In this document: in pieces, positions 21,298 through 31,743 of the stretch
How positions within the stretch are numbered: position 1 is the stretch's first letter
How the letters are laid out: the number at the start of each line of letters is the position of its first letter
Source: an uncultured bacterium
Lineage (GTDB): Bacteria > Acidobacteriota > HRBIN11 > JAKEFK01
NCBI GenBank assembly: GCA_963777505.1
Contig: CAVZQN010000001.1
Span: 128,001 to 192,000, forward strand
Direction: 5' to 3'
Length of the DNA stretch: 64,000 nucleotides
Program-made: the position numbers and the translations under genes
Notes under the pieces: generated by a model
Database searches by the model: none
Seen by the model: only the letters and a program-made list of their open reading frames with translations
Told to the model about the DNA's origin: nothing

Positions 21298-24200
21298 TTG
21301 ATTCGCAATTTCCTTTTGTTGGCGGCTGTTGTGCTCCCCTTCGCTGCCGAAGCTGGAATCATCAAAAAGGGATCATTCATCAAATCGACATCAAATGGCG
21401 CGCAAGTCGTCTCGCATGGACTTGGAGAAACTCCGAAAGCGATTATTTTTTGGACTACAGGACGAAATAACGAATCATTTGGCGACGACTTTCACTACTC
21501 ATTTGGCGTTACCGATGGAACAACCAGCCGCTGCTCATCTGCTGCCAGTCAAGATAATGAGTTAAGAACGAATGCGAGCCGTCGAATAGCTATTGCCGCC
21601 ATCACAATTGCTGAATGGGACGAGCAACTTATTGCGGAGGCACTATTCGTATCCTGGAATACAACTACTTTTACTCTGACGTGGACCACGAACAATAACC
21701 AGCCATACATCATTCATTTTGTCGCAATCGGAGGTCCAGAGGTATCAGCCAAGGTCGTTGGTTGGAATATGCCAACAGATCCTGGAAATTTTTCAGTTAC
21801 AGCGGTTGGATTTCAGCCGAGTGTGGTAATCCATTCTCATGTCGGCAGCGGATACATTAGTGGTCCAGGAACGGTCTCAGCAAATGCGGTAATCGGAACA
21901 GCGGTCATGGACAGCCAAGGGGCTGTTTGGTCAAGCGAAATCCCGGTTTTAGATAATGGCCGGGAACTCGGTTTCGGCGCAATCAAAGTACAGCTGCTTG
22001 TTTCACTTCCATGACGATAACTTTAACGTTGGGATTGTAAAGGAAGCGACATTTACTTCGATGAATGCCGATGGTTTTACGATGAACTTCAGTATAGCCA
22101 ACGATAGTCCAGGCAGAGCGTTTTCGCTTGCTTTGAAAGGGGTGAACTCACATACAGGTAGTTTTAACAAAACGACATCTACCCTTCCGACATCCGACAG
22201 TTACTGGCATTGGATTTACCCCTACATTCGTTCTGTGCTCTTTTCCAGTTTTATGGATACGGCACAAGCTACGGTTGCTTTGCACGCACGGTACGGAATT
22301 GGAGGATCGGATGGAACGACAGAAGGAAGTTCTTCATTTCAGGATACGGCTTCTTGTCAACAACAAGTGTAAATTCAATCGATAAAACAAGCAAAGTCTT
22401 TGTGAAGGACGACAATAGTATTCCTTCATTGATGCCGAAGCCGATCTGACGTCGTTGAACTACGAATGGATTCACACTCAATTGGACTACAAATGATAAT
22501 GTACCTACAGAGATTCTTTATCTGGTTCTTGCTCCACTGGCTCCCACAAAAGTCAGCCTCAAATCTTTTCAAGCATTTCAAAAAGGTTCTCAGGTTCAAC
22601 TTCGTTGGCGTACAGGATATGAAGTTGATAATTTAGGCTTTTCAATTTATCGCGAAATCAATGGACATCAGACAAAGTTGAATCCTTCCATCATTGCCGG
22701 AACTGCAATGACTACCGGCGCATCCAAACCCGTTCAAGCTGGATGGTCTTATTCCTGGAAAGATTTGTTGCCAGCCAATACTTCAAACGTGAAGTACTGG
22801 TTGGAAGATATGGATCTAAATGGTGAACTGACGCGATATGGTCCGATTTTTCCAGAATCGGTTGAGTCGCTTCCAGGTTCTCAGAATGTCCCGCTGTTAA
22901 ACCAGATCGCGAATACGAATCAGCCGGCTTTCAAGAAATCGATCCCTGGACTTAAATCAGGCTCCTCAAAGAGTCTCAAAAAACAGCAGCAGCTCGCGGC
23001 AAGCAATGCAATCAAAATATCAGTGAAAGAGGATGGATGGTACCGCATTTCGCAGCCACAACTCATCTCTGCAGGTCTTGATCCTGGAATCGATCCACGT
23101 AATTTTCAACTTTATCTAAATGGAAAACAACACGCGATTCTTGTTACGGGTCAAACTGATGGAAGTTTCGATCCGCAAGACACTGTGGAATTTTACGGCA
23201 CAGGTCTCGATACTGCCTATACAGATGAACAGATTTATTGGCTGCTTCCAGCATCCAACAAAGGAAAACGGATTAAGATTTCATCTGGTTCAGGAACGCA
23301 TCCACCCGGTGAGACAAGTTTCCCACTAACAGTGGAACGTAAAGATCGAACGATTTATTTTGCAGCACTGACAAATGGCGATACCGAAAATTTCTTCGGA
23401 GCATTAGTCAATACAACTGCGGTCGATCAAACATTGCAGCTTCCCAATCTGGACGTTTCCGCAACTTCTGATGCACTTCTGGAAGTCTCGCTTCAAGGCG
23501 TTACTCGAGTTGCCGGAATCAGAACCCGATCATACAGTTGCTGTCTCGATCAATAACAATGCTCTTGCTCCAATCGTGTTTGACGGTCAAGAGCTGATGA
23601 AGCAACAGATTCCAATTCCTCACTCATGGCTGGTTGAAGGACAGAATACTGTAACTTTAATGGCGCAGAGCGCTCAAGATGTGTCTCTTGTTGAATCGAT
23701 ACGCATCACTTACTTGCACACTTATGAAGCCGATGACGACTTTTTGATTTTCACAACACCAGGCAATCGTGAAATCAGAATTGCGGGATTCAGCGGACCG
23801 CAAATCCGCCTTCTCGACATTACCAAACCGAACGCGGTGCGCGAAATCTCAGGCACAGTAGTTTCTGAAGGTTCAACATTCACAATCGTTTCATCATTAA
23901 AGAAAGGTGGAGAACACACATTATTAGCTCTCTCCGAAAACAAAATTGCATCTGTATCCGGACTCAAAATGAATTTGCCTTCATCGTGGCATGACAATGA
24001 AAATAACGGCTGATGCCTTACATCTGACTCATAGCGACTTCATTGGAGCAGTCACTCCACTGCAGCAATTCAGACAATCTCAAGGAACTTCGGTTGTCCT
24101 TATAGATGTAGAAGATATCTATGACGAGTTCAGTTACGGTATTTCCGATCCGTTGGCCATAAAAAGCTTTTTGAATACGGCAATTACAAAATGGTCTACG

Positions 24201-25044
24201 CCGCCGCATACTGTTTTGTTTGCGGGAGATGCTAGTTTCGATCCCAGGAATTATTTAGGACTTGGCGATTTCGATTTTGTTCCTACCGGCACAGCTGCCA
24301 CAAGTACAGGCGAGACTGCATCGGACGACTGGTTTGTAGATTTCGACAATGATTCACGCCCCGAAATGGCAATCGGAAGAATCCCGAGCCGTTCTTTGCA
24401 GGAAGCATCATCGATGATCAACAAAATTATCCAGTATGAGCAAACGCCGGCTGGAGGTTCGTGGAGTGATGAAGTCTTGATGGTTGCTGACAACAATGAC
24501 CTCGTAGATTTTGAAAGTGCATCCACTGAGTTGGAATCTACGATTCCTGAAAATCTATCGATTACCAATATCTTCCTGGGACAATCCGATCCGTCAACAG
24601 CACGCAGTCAAATTTTAAACGGAATCGAAAATGGAAAGCTTCTCGTTCATTACCTTGGCCATGGCTCAGTGGAAGTTTGGGCTGAGGAAGATTTGTTGAC
24701 ATCCTACGGATGCAGAAGCTTTTTCAAATGGCTTACGATTGCCTTTCGTTGTAGCACTCAATTGTTTGAATGGTTATTTTCACGATGTATTCACAAACAG
24801 TTTGGCCGAAGCTTTTTTACGTAACGCAAACGGCGGAGCTGTTGCTGTTTGGGCTTCCTCTGGTTTTACCGAAACAAACCACCAGACTACCCTGGGCCGG
24901 ACAATGCTGCAGTCGCTTTTCAACGAAAATGAATCTTTGACTCTGGGTGAAACGATCTACCGCGCAAAACAAAATCCATCTGATAGCGATGTTCGCCGCA
25001 CATGGATTTTATTCGGCGATCCTCTAACACGTATTTCGCCTTAG
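21298..25044 (+). CDS. Secreted C25 cysteine peptidase with N-terminal repeat passenger, copy 2 (multiple frameshifts)
   Basis: ORFs 21298, 21956, 22678, 23471, 23991 and 24739 are colinear with copy 1; signal peptide ending AAEA; same HYLGHG/ALNC dyad. Confidence 0.8.
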
Positions 25045-25122
25045 TGCACTTTAGTCTCAGCTTTAAACGCAATATCATATATACTACTGCTGTGCTTTTC
25101 TTAAGAAGGGAGATAGTTTTTT

Positions 25123-25416
25123 TTGACGTGTTACACCAGGGATGAAAACGTTGTCGACCGGTCTATAGCCGGCGAAACAATCCTCGTACCCATTAAAGAC
25201 CGCATCGGAAATCTCGGATCTATTTACACTTTAAATGAAGTGGGGTCCTTAATCTGGGAAATGATCGATGGTCACACACCACTTCACAAAATTGTTGAAT
25301 CCGTAGTCACCACATACCAGGTCAGTGTTGATGAAGCACAACAGGATACTTCTGTTTTCTTGAGTATGCTTGAGAACGCAGGCCTGATTCACGTCACACA
25401 AGCTAAGGAGAAATGA
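25123..25416 (+). CDS. PqqD-family RiPP recognition element (RRE)
   Basis: R.IAGE.ILVP...IYTLNEVG..IW..IDG...IV...Y.V...A..D...FL..L...GLI PqqD signature; TTG start with GGGAG RBS. Confidence 0.92.
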   Translation: MTCYTRDENVVDRSIAGETILVPIKDRIGNLGSIYTLNEVGSLIWEMIDGHTPLHKIVESVVTTYQVSVDEAQQDTSVFLSMLENAGLIHVTQAKEK

Positions 25417-26709
25417 CTTTGCAACAAGAACGTTATGGTGACTTCAGTCTTGATTTACACCAACGGGTTGTAGCGCACAGAATTCCGATTACCGGAACGA
25501 TCGAAGTCAGCAGACGCTGTCCCCTCGCTTGCGCGCACTGCTATAACAATCTTCCAATGGGCGACCGAGCTGCCCAGCTTGGCGAACTAACCTTTGATGA
25601 GTATTGCAGAATTCTGGATGAGATCTCACAGGCAGGCTGTTTCTGGTTGCTTTTCACTGGTGGGGAAATTTTTGCAAGAAGAGAGTTCTTAGATATCTAT
25701 ACATACGCCAAACGAAAGGGCTTTCTTATCACTCTTTTCACCAATGGCACTCTAATTACTCCAAAAATTGCAGACTATCTCACTGAATGGCCGCCGTTTT
25801 CTATTGAGATTACGCTTTACGGCCGAACTCGAGAAACCTATGAAAAGCTGACCCAGGTTCCTGGCTCTTACGATAAATGCATGCGTGGAATTCAACTGCT
25901 CAAGGAAAGAGGTTTGCCATTAAAACTAAAAACGGTCGGCGTTAGCATTAACAAACACGAAATCGGTGATATGAAGCATTTTGTTGAAGAAGAGCTCGGG
26001 CTAGAATTCAAGTTTGATGCAATGATTAATCCGCGTATCGATTGTTCTCAAAGCCCACTCAACGTTCGATTAAAACCGTATGAAGTTGTAGAACTTGACT
26101 TGCATGATTCTGACAGAATGTCGGAATGGCAAAAATTCGGTCAACGATTTAATGTGCCCGTTCACAAAGAAGAACACAGTGAGGAGTTATACCATTGCGG
26201 CGGCGGTATCAATTCCTTTGCAATCGATCCATATGGAATGCTCAGCATTTGTGTCTTATCGCAAGTCGATCAATATGATCTACGTAAAGGAAGTTTTAAA
26301 GAAGGTTGGGAAGGATTCTTATTTCAAGTACGTCGTGGAAAAAAGATCACCATACTCAACAAGTGCGTCAAATGCGAAATCAAATCCATGTGTGGAATGT
26401 GTCCTGCGAATGGCGAACTTGAAAACAAGGATCCGGAAAAACCTGTAGATTTCCTGTGTCACGTTGCCACATTTGAGAGCTCATACGTTCGATTTTCCAA
26501 TTAAGCCGCACGGCGACTGTGAATATTGTCCAGGTGGAAAAGGCTACTCGGATCTAATGGGCTCCATAGATGAATTAAAGAAAAATCCAGTTGATAGAAA
26601 AATGAAATTGGATCAGCCAAACTTGAACATTTTGGATCAAAATCCATCAACAGGTTGTTCAACAGGAGGATGTTCCTCCTGTGGATTAGCGTCCGTGCAT
26701 CATCCTTAG
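25413..26709 (+). CDS. Radical SAM/SPASM peptide maturase (frameshift near 26467)
   Basis: CPLACAHC (CxxxCxxC), TGGE, TNG; SPASM cysteines CGGG...IDPYG...C...CVKC...CGMCP...C; continues in ORF 26464 (HLRAH...DCEYC...GCSTGGCSSCG); ATGA overlap with the RRE gene. Confidence 0.92.
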
Positions 26710-26727
26710 AAGTGTTTGGGGGAAAAT

Positions 26728-26898
26728 ATGTCAGAGAAAACTGCTGAAGAGAAAAAACCATATGTTAAGCCGGAGATTAAAAAAGTAGAACTAAGGCCCG
26801 AAGAGGCTGTGCTCGGTAATTGTAAAACCGGAGCCTCAGCAGGTCCTGGGTCATCAACCTGTGATATACCGTCAGCCTGCAGCGCTATTGGTTCGTAA
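26728..26898 (+). CDS. RiPP precursor peptide (56 aa)
   Basis: MSEKTAEEKKPYVKPEIKKVELRPEEAVLGNCKTGASAGPGSSTCDIPSACSAIGS; charged leader with YxxPxI RRE-binding motif; Cys/Ser/Gly-rich core; GGGGG RBS; directly after RRE and rSAM genes. Confidence 0.9.
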   Translation: MSEKTAEEKKPYVKPEIKKVELRPEEAVLGNCKTGASAGPGSSTCDIPSACSAIGS

Positions 26899-26917
26899 TG
26901 TATGCAAGGGTGCCTCT

Positions 26918-26935
26918 TAGGAAAGCAATTTCCTA
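26918..26935 (+). terminator. Short stem-loop after the precursor gene
   Basis: TAGGAAA-GCAA-TTTCCTA; weak and without a U tract, so possibly an mRNA-stabilising hairpin. Confidence 0.3.
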
Positions 26936-26966
26936 TGAAAAAAGATATTTCATACGTTAAGAATCA

Positions 26967-27524
26967 ATGACATCGGCCAAACGATTAAATCTGGGGAGTG
27001 GAATGCAGCGACAGATCGTGGATGCTGTTAACCTGGATATTGTCCCGAACAGCCGGGCCGATGTGATCCACGATTTGAATGAATACCCTTGGCCGTTCGA
27101 GGATAACCGGTTCGAGGAAGTCTATTGCTTCGATATTCTCGAACACCTGAATGATATTGTGCTTTCCATGCAGGAAATCCATCGTATCTCTTCCCATGGC
27201 GGCAAAATTGTATTGACAACTCCGCACTTCTCTTCGCGTAATGCCTACACGGATCCAACTCATAAACACTTCTTCGGCATTCATTCTTTTGATTATTTCC
27301 TGGATAACGGCCATTCTGAATATTCGAAAATGAATTTTTATTCGTCCGCGCGTTTTCAAAAAACCAGGCTACAAATCTATTTCGAGCACAGTTTATTCAA
27401 CAGTCTTATCGAGCGAGTTGTAAAAATCTATCCCGATTTCTGGGAAAAGAGATACTGCTGGATCTTTCCGGCGTGGTACATGGAACTTGAGTTGCAGACG
27501 GTTAAATCAATTGACCCCTCTTAG
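26967..27524 (+). CDS. Class I SAM-dependent methyltransferase-like protein
   Basis: LNLGSG, VNLDI, WPFEDN.F, DILEHL, EIHRI...GG, DPTH motifs. Confidence 0.8.
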   Translation: MTSAKRLNLGSGMQRQIVDAVNLDIVPNSRADVIHDLNEYPWPFEDNRFEEVYCFDILEHLNDIVLSMQEIHRISSHGGKIVLTTPHFSSRNAYTDPTHKHFFGIHSFDYFLDNGHSEYSKMNFYSSARFQKTRLQIYFEHSLFNSLIERVVKIYPDFWEKRYCWIFPAWYMELELQTVKSIDPS

Positions 27525-27581
27525 TCTTAAATCAATATGGATGAATCGAGTAAGCATGCAGCGCTGTTGGTTGGTAATGTG

Positions 27582-28512
27582 ATGCAAGAACACAAAAATC
27601 CGAATCAAGAATGTCATTTTTCGATTGCAGATATTTGTGTGCGCGTCGTAGTCGTCAGATCCGAAGCTCATACAGGGAGCGATACAGGCGCGGCACGATT
27701 TTATTGTGAATGAAAAGACTCCTGATTCCATCGTTTTTGCAGACGTTAAAGACTCGTTAACAGATATATCAGGCGAACCGCTTTTTGATTCCGGAGCTCT
27801 TTGGAAGCTTTATTTTCAAGAGGATCAATACCATTTCAGTTTCATATCACCGCTACTCGGTTCGCAACCTTACAAGCTTGCTTCCTTTAACCGGGATTTC
27901 ACGTGTGGTCATATATCAATGCAACGAAGGACGGACCGCTTGGATCAAAATTCAGACCCACTGGAATATCCGTTGGATGAATTGCTAATTTTGCATTTGT
28001 TGTCTCAAGGATTGGGAGTTGAAGTCCATGCGTGTGGATTGATTGATTCATTCGGAAATGGAGTTCTTTTCGTAGGCCAATCTGGTGCAGGAAAAACAAC
28101 GATGGCGGGGTTGATGCAAAAGCAGCCGCAGGTCAAAATTCTCAGTGATGACCGGATCATTCTTCGAAAAAACAATGGAAAGATCTGGATGCATGGAACT
28201 CCGTGGCATGGCGAGTCAAAATATGCAGCACCAGAAGAAGCTGAATTGAAGAAGATCTTCTTTTTGAAGCAGAATCCGAAAAACGAAATTCTGCCGTTAA
28301 AAAAGTCCGATGCAGTGGCTCGTCTCTTTGCATGCAGCTTTCCGCTTTTTTACAATACCTCCGCGGTGGACTTTATGCTTTCATTCTATGAAGAAACTGT
28401 GAAGGAAGTTCCATCTTTCGAACTGCGGTTCGTGCACAATGATGAAATTATTGAATTCATGAATCCATCAAGAAGTGCCATCGAGTATGTCGAAACTGTT
28501 TTTAAATATTAG
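27582..28512 (+). CDS. HPr-kinase-like P-loop protein of RiPP cassettes (frameshift near 27651)
   Basis: VHACGL, Walker A GQSGAGKTT, ILSDDR, GTPWHG; upstream frame MQEHKNPNQECHFSIADICVRV joins SSDPKL...VNEKTPD. Confidence 0.8.
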
Positions 28513-28909
28513 CGCTGATCTGCTGAAATCAGGGTACGGTATAGAATTCCATGCAAATGGAAAAAGTATGTATCCTACGATAAGAGATGGGGAGATGATT
28601 ACAGTAGAACCGATTGCGGCACCGGAAATAAAACCCGGTGATATTATTCTCTACCGAAATCAAACTGGAGTTGTGGCCCACCGCGTCGTTTACCTTGAAC
28701 AATCAAGTCATGGCCATCTGCTTCTGCGCGGAGATGCTTCGAATACATTCGATGCACCGATAATGCCGTATCAAATCCTTGGCAAAGTCATTTCCACAAA
28801 ACGTTCCGGCAGAAAAATCGCCCTCAATAAGAGAAGGCCGAACCTCGTGCATTTCCTGCGTGTACGTCTGAGACAGATGATTCAATCTGTAGTTGTGTTA
28901 TTTTTATGA
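28487..28909 (+). CDS. S24/S26 signal-peptidase-like protein
   Basis: GKSMYPTI.DG, GDIILY, VAHRV and RGDA motifs; TGA overlaps the wza ATG. Start uncertain (28475 or 28487). Confidence 0.85.
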   Translation: MSKLFLNISADLLKSGYGIEFHANGKSMYPTIRDGEMITVEPIAAPEIKPGDIILYRNQTGVVAHRVVYLEQSSHGHLLLRGDASNTFDAPIMPYQILGKVISTKRSGRKIALNKRRPNLVHFLRVRLRQMIQSVVVLFL

Positions 28910-29778
28910 AATTTTTAGCGGCCGCAATATTACTCATTTCAGTCATAGTTTTTGCTGGCGAAGAAACTGAAAATACTGAGCCAAAAGCAGAACCTTCAGA
29001 AACTACATCCAATTCAACTCCTTCGGAAATTGATATTCACATTGGATCAGAAGATCTGCTAGAAATCACAGTTTTTGAACTTCCGCAGTTCAATGTCACA
29101 TCACGCGTATCGGGTGACGGTACAGTAACGATGCCATTGGTTGGAAGTGTTGAAGTTGGAGGGCTAACAAAAAAGGAAGCGGAGAAAAAAGTTGCAGCTG
29201 CTTTAGAAACGAAATATGTAAACAACGCAAGCGTATCGATCAATATTAAAGAATATAAGAGCAAACAGGTTTCAATTCTGGGTGCAGTCAAGAATCCGGG
29301 AGCTTATTACATCCTGAGTAATAGAACACTGTTACAGTTGCTTTCCGATGCCGGCGGATTAGCTCCACAGGCCGGCAAAATCTGTTTTGTTTTCCGCTCT
29401 GGAGCTCCAAAAATTGAAATTGATCTTGATAAATTGATGAACAGCGGTAACGAGGAGTTCAATATTCAAGTAAGGCCTGGAGATGTTATTAATGTCCCGC
29501 TAGAAACTAAAGTCATCGTATATGTTTTGGGAGCAGTCCGTTCACCTGGTGCAATCGAAATGACAACAACGTTACCGGTAACTCTTCTCGCAGCAATTGC
29601 AAGAGCGGGTGGCCTCACAGACGAGGCAAGCAAATCCAATATCCAGATACGGCGCAAGGATGATCAGGGAGCAAACTCAGTGATTAAAGTGAATTTGAAA
29701 GACATTTTGAAAGGCAAAACCGCTGACATTCCACTTTATCCTGGAGATACGATTAACATTTCTGAAAGTTTCTTCTAA
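28906..29778 (+). CDS. wza: Polysaccharide export protein with SLBB domains (Wza/OPX-like)
   Basis: IG.EDLL.I.VF...RV..DG.V.MPLVG.V.V.GLT signature; two V.VLGAV..PG SLBB domains ending PGD.I. Confidence 0.9.
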   Translation: MKFLAAAILLISVIVFAGEETENTEPKAEPSETTSNSTPSEIDIHIGSEDLLEITVFELPQFNVTSRVSGDGTVTMPLVGSVEVGGLTKKEAEKKVAAALETKYVNNASVSINIKEYKSKQVSILGAVKNPGAYYILSNRTLLQLLSDAGGLAPQAGKICFVFRSGAPKIEIDLDKLMNSGNEEFNIQVRPGDVINVPLETKVIVYVLGAVRSPGAIEMTTTLPVTLLAAIARAGGLTDEASKSNIQIRRKDDQGANSVIKVNLKDILKGKTADIPLYPGDTINISESFF

Positions 29779-29797
29779 CTTTTTACGTAATAACGGA

Positions 29798-30421
29798 ATG
29801 CTTAAGCGATATTTCGATGTATTCCTTTCAGGAACAGGAATTCTACTTTCTTCACCTCTTTGGATTCTGATTGCAATCTTTATCTATTTAGAAGACCGTG
29901 GAAAAGTATTTTTTACTCAAAATCGCGTGGGACTGGGTGGTGTTCTTTTTACTGCATATAAATTCCGTTCGATGAAAACTGGTACAAATCAGGTTTCTTC
30001 TGAACTACAAGCCAGTGAAAATGATCCTCGCGTAACGCGAGTTGGCAAAATTCTAAGAGCCACAGCAATGGATGAACTGCCACAACTGATTAACATCCTG
30101 AAAGGAGATATGAGTTTTGTTGGACCGCGAGCTATTCTGCCCACGGAAATTGAGATTCATCAAAAAGGAAAAGACGAAAGAAATTTGGAGGAACTTTTCC
30201 AGAAGCGTTGCAGCGTAACACCAGGCCTTACAGGAGTTGCTCAGATTTTCTTACCTCGCGATGTTTCAAGAGAGAAAAAATTTCGTTATGATCTTGTCTA
30301 CATTCAAAAACAAAGTTTTTTGTTTGATCTAAAATTGATTTTCCTATCTTTTTGGATAACACTGAGAGGCAAATGGGAAAGTAGAGAAAACAAATTGGGA
30401 CAAGCTGATAGAAGTTTCTAG
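29798..30421 (+). CDS. Priming sugar-phosphate transferase (bacterial sugar transferase family)
   Basis: [20 protein letters not shown]...DELPQL.N...GDMS.VGPR and PGLTG.AQ motifs. Confidence 0.93.
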   Translation: MLKRYFDVFLSGTGILLSSPLWILIAIFIYLEDRGKVFFTQNRVGLGGVLFTAYKFRSMKTGTNQVSSELQASENDPRVTRVGKILRATAMDELPQLINILKGDMSFVGPRAILPTEIEIHQKGKDERNLEELFQKRCSVTPGLTGVAQIFLPRDVSREKKFRYDLVYIQKQSFLFDLKLIFLSFWITLRGKWESRENKLGQADRSF

Positions 30422-30428
30422 ATTCAAA

Positions 30429-30457
30429 CTCCGTGTACTTCGTGACTCCGTGGTGAA
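30429..30457. repeat. Half copy of CACGAAG/CACGGAG REP-like family
   Basis: CTCCGTGTACTTCGTGACTCCGTGGTGA matches the right arm of the 53780-53858 copy. Confidence 0.6.
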
Positions 30458-30462
30458 TTTAT

Positions 30463-31626
30463 ATGTATGATGTTGCCGTTATAGGCGCAGGGCCGTCTGG
30501 TTCGATGTTATCCCGTCTGCTGGCAGAGAAAGGACATTCGGTCGCGCTGTTAGAAGAACATGAACAACCCGGCCATCCGGTGAATTGTAGCGGCATCATT
30601 GGGCTGGAAGCATTCCAGCGTTATGACTTACCTCTAACGCCTATTATCCGGGAGATTGATTCATTTCAATTTCATTCACCGGGTGGAGCTATGCTTCAGT
30701 ACAGCCATCCGCAACCTCTTGCTTTAGCAGTGAATCGCGCAAAGTTTGATGAGGGAATGGCGGCACAAGCGGTTACTGCCGGTGCTCAGTTAATGACTTC
30801 ATCACGCGTAAATGAAATTCGGATTGAAAATGATGGAGTTTATCTCAACATCAATCGAAGTGACGTCAGTCTTAAAAGCAAACTACTGGTCATCGCCACA
30901 GGTGCAGGCTCCAAACTTATCAAACAAGTCGGGCTTGGTTCATCTCAGCAATACGTCTTCGGCGCTCAAACCGAATGTGAGACGATTGATCTGAAAGACG
31001 TAGAGATTCATCTCGGCAAGGATGTTACACCTTTTAACTTCGCCTGGATCATTCCGCTTCAAAAGGGCCGTGCAAAGGTTGGAATGATCTGTGAAAAGAA
31101 TGCGACTGAGTCGTTGAGACGATTTATAGAAAGCCTGGCACTCGCCGGAAAAGTTGTTCCACAAAGCACACCCATTCAGAACAGCTTGCTCCCATTAAAT
31201 ACAATCCGGCGTAGCTACACGGATCGCACTATTGTTATTGGTGAAGCGGCTGGCCAACTCAAGACAATCACTTGCGGCGGAATCTACTACGGATTACTTG
31301 CGGCAGAAATAGGTGCAAATGTTCTTGCTGAAGCCTTGGAGCAAAATCATTTCAGCGCTAAAGCTTTGTCGCTTTATGAGCAGCAATGGAAAAAGTTACT
31401 CGGCAAGGAATTAGAAATCGGCTTACGTCTTCGATCTGCGTTCAGACATTTTTCGGATTCCAAGATCGATTCACTTTTTGAAATCGCCAGCAAAGATGGC
31501 CTGATGAAACTCATTCGTGAAAAAGCAGATTTTGACTGGCATTATGATCTTATATCTTCCATCTTTCGCCATTCCCTGACTCGCGCAATTTTCGAGCCCA
31601 TTACTTACAGTCGATTGTTGTTTTAA
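30463..31626 (+). CDS. Geranylgeranyl reductase-family FAD oxidoreductase
   Basis: YDVAVIGAGPSG, C.GII, NRAKFD, FAWIIP and GEAAGQ.K...GGIYYG motifs. Confidence 0.85.
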   Translation: MYDVAVIGAGPSGSMLSRLLAEKGHSVALLEEHEQPGHPVNCSGIIGLEAFQRYDLPLTPIIREIDSFQFHSPGGAMLQYSHPQPLALAVNRAKFDEGMAAQAVTAGAQLMTSSRVNEIRIENDGVYLNINRSDVSLKSKLLVIATGAGSKLIKQVGLGSSQQYVFGAQTECETIDLKDVEIHLGKDVTPFNFAWIIPLQKGRAKVGMICEKNATESLRRFIESLALAGKVVPQSTPIQNSLLPLNTIRRSYTDRTIVIGEAAGQLKTITCGGIYYGLLAAEIGANVLAEALEQNHFSAKALSLYEQQWKKLLGKELEIGLRLRSAFRHFSDSKIDSLFEIASKDGLMKLIREKADFDWHYDLISSIFRHSLTRAIFEPITYSRLLF

Positions 31627-31635
31627 TAAGAGTTT

Positions 31636-31731
31636 GTAGTAAGGCACGCAGGCTCATTCGCGAAGCGGATGAGGCAGTGCCGTATGATCTATGAACGGCA
31701 CGGCCTCGCATTCGCTCGAGTGCCTTACTAC
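31636..31731. repeat. GTAG-type inverted repeat element (REP/MITE-like)
   Basis: GTAGTAAGGCAC...GTGCCTTACTAC perfect termini, with inner GAGGCAGTGCCGT / ACGGCACGGCCTC pair. Confidence 0.7.
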
Positions 31732-31743
31732 TAACCTGATAAA

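Larger units (their letters stand above)
17294..25084 (+). repeat. Tandem direct duplication of a ~3.9 kb unit (about 17294-21195 and 21196-25084)
   Basis: Promoter, gene and 3' flank (TTAGTGCACTTTAGTCTCAG...GCAATATCATATATA) occur twice, offset about 3889 nt; near-identical after ~18650/22540, visibly diverged before. Confidence 0.9.

Noticed and set aside
17294-25084. Duplication as a pure assembly artefact
   Set aside because: Promoters, signal peptides and passenger domains differ by many codon-consistent substitutions, unlike random read error; a strain chimera is not fully excluded.
25123-26709. PQQ biosynthesis (pqqD/pqqE)
   Set aside because: No PqqA ExxxY peptide and no pqqB or pqqC; the precursor is Cys-rich.
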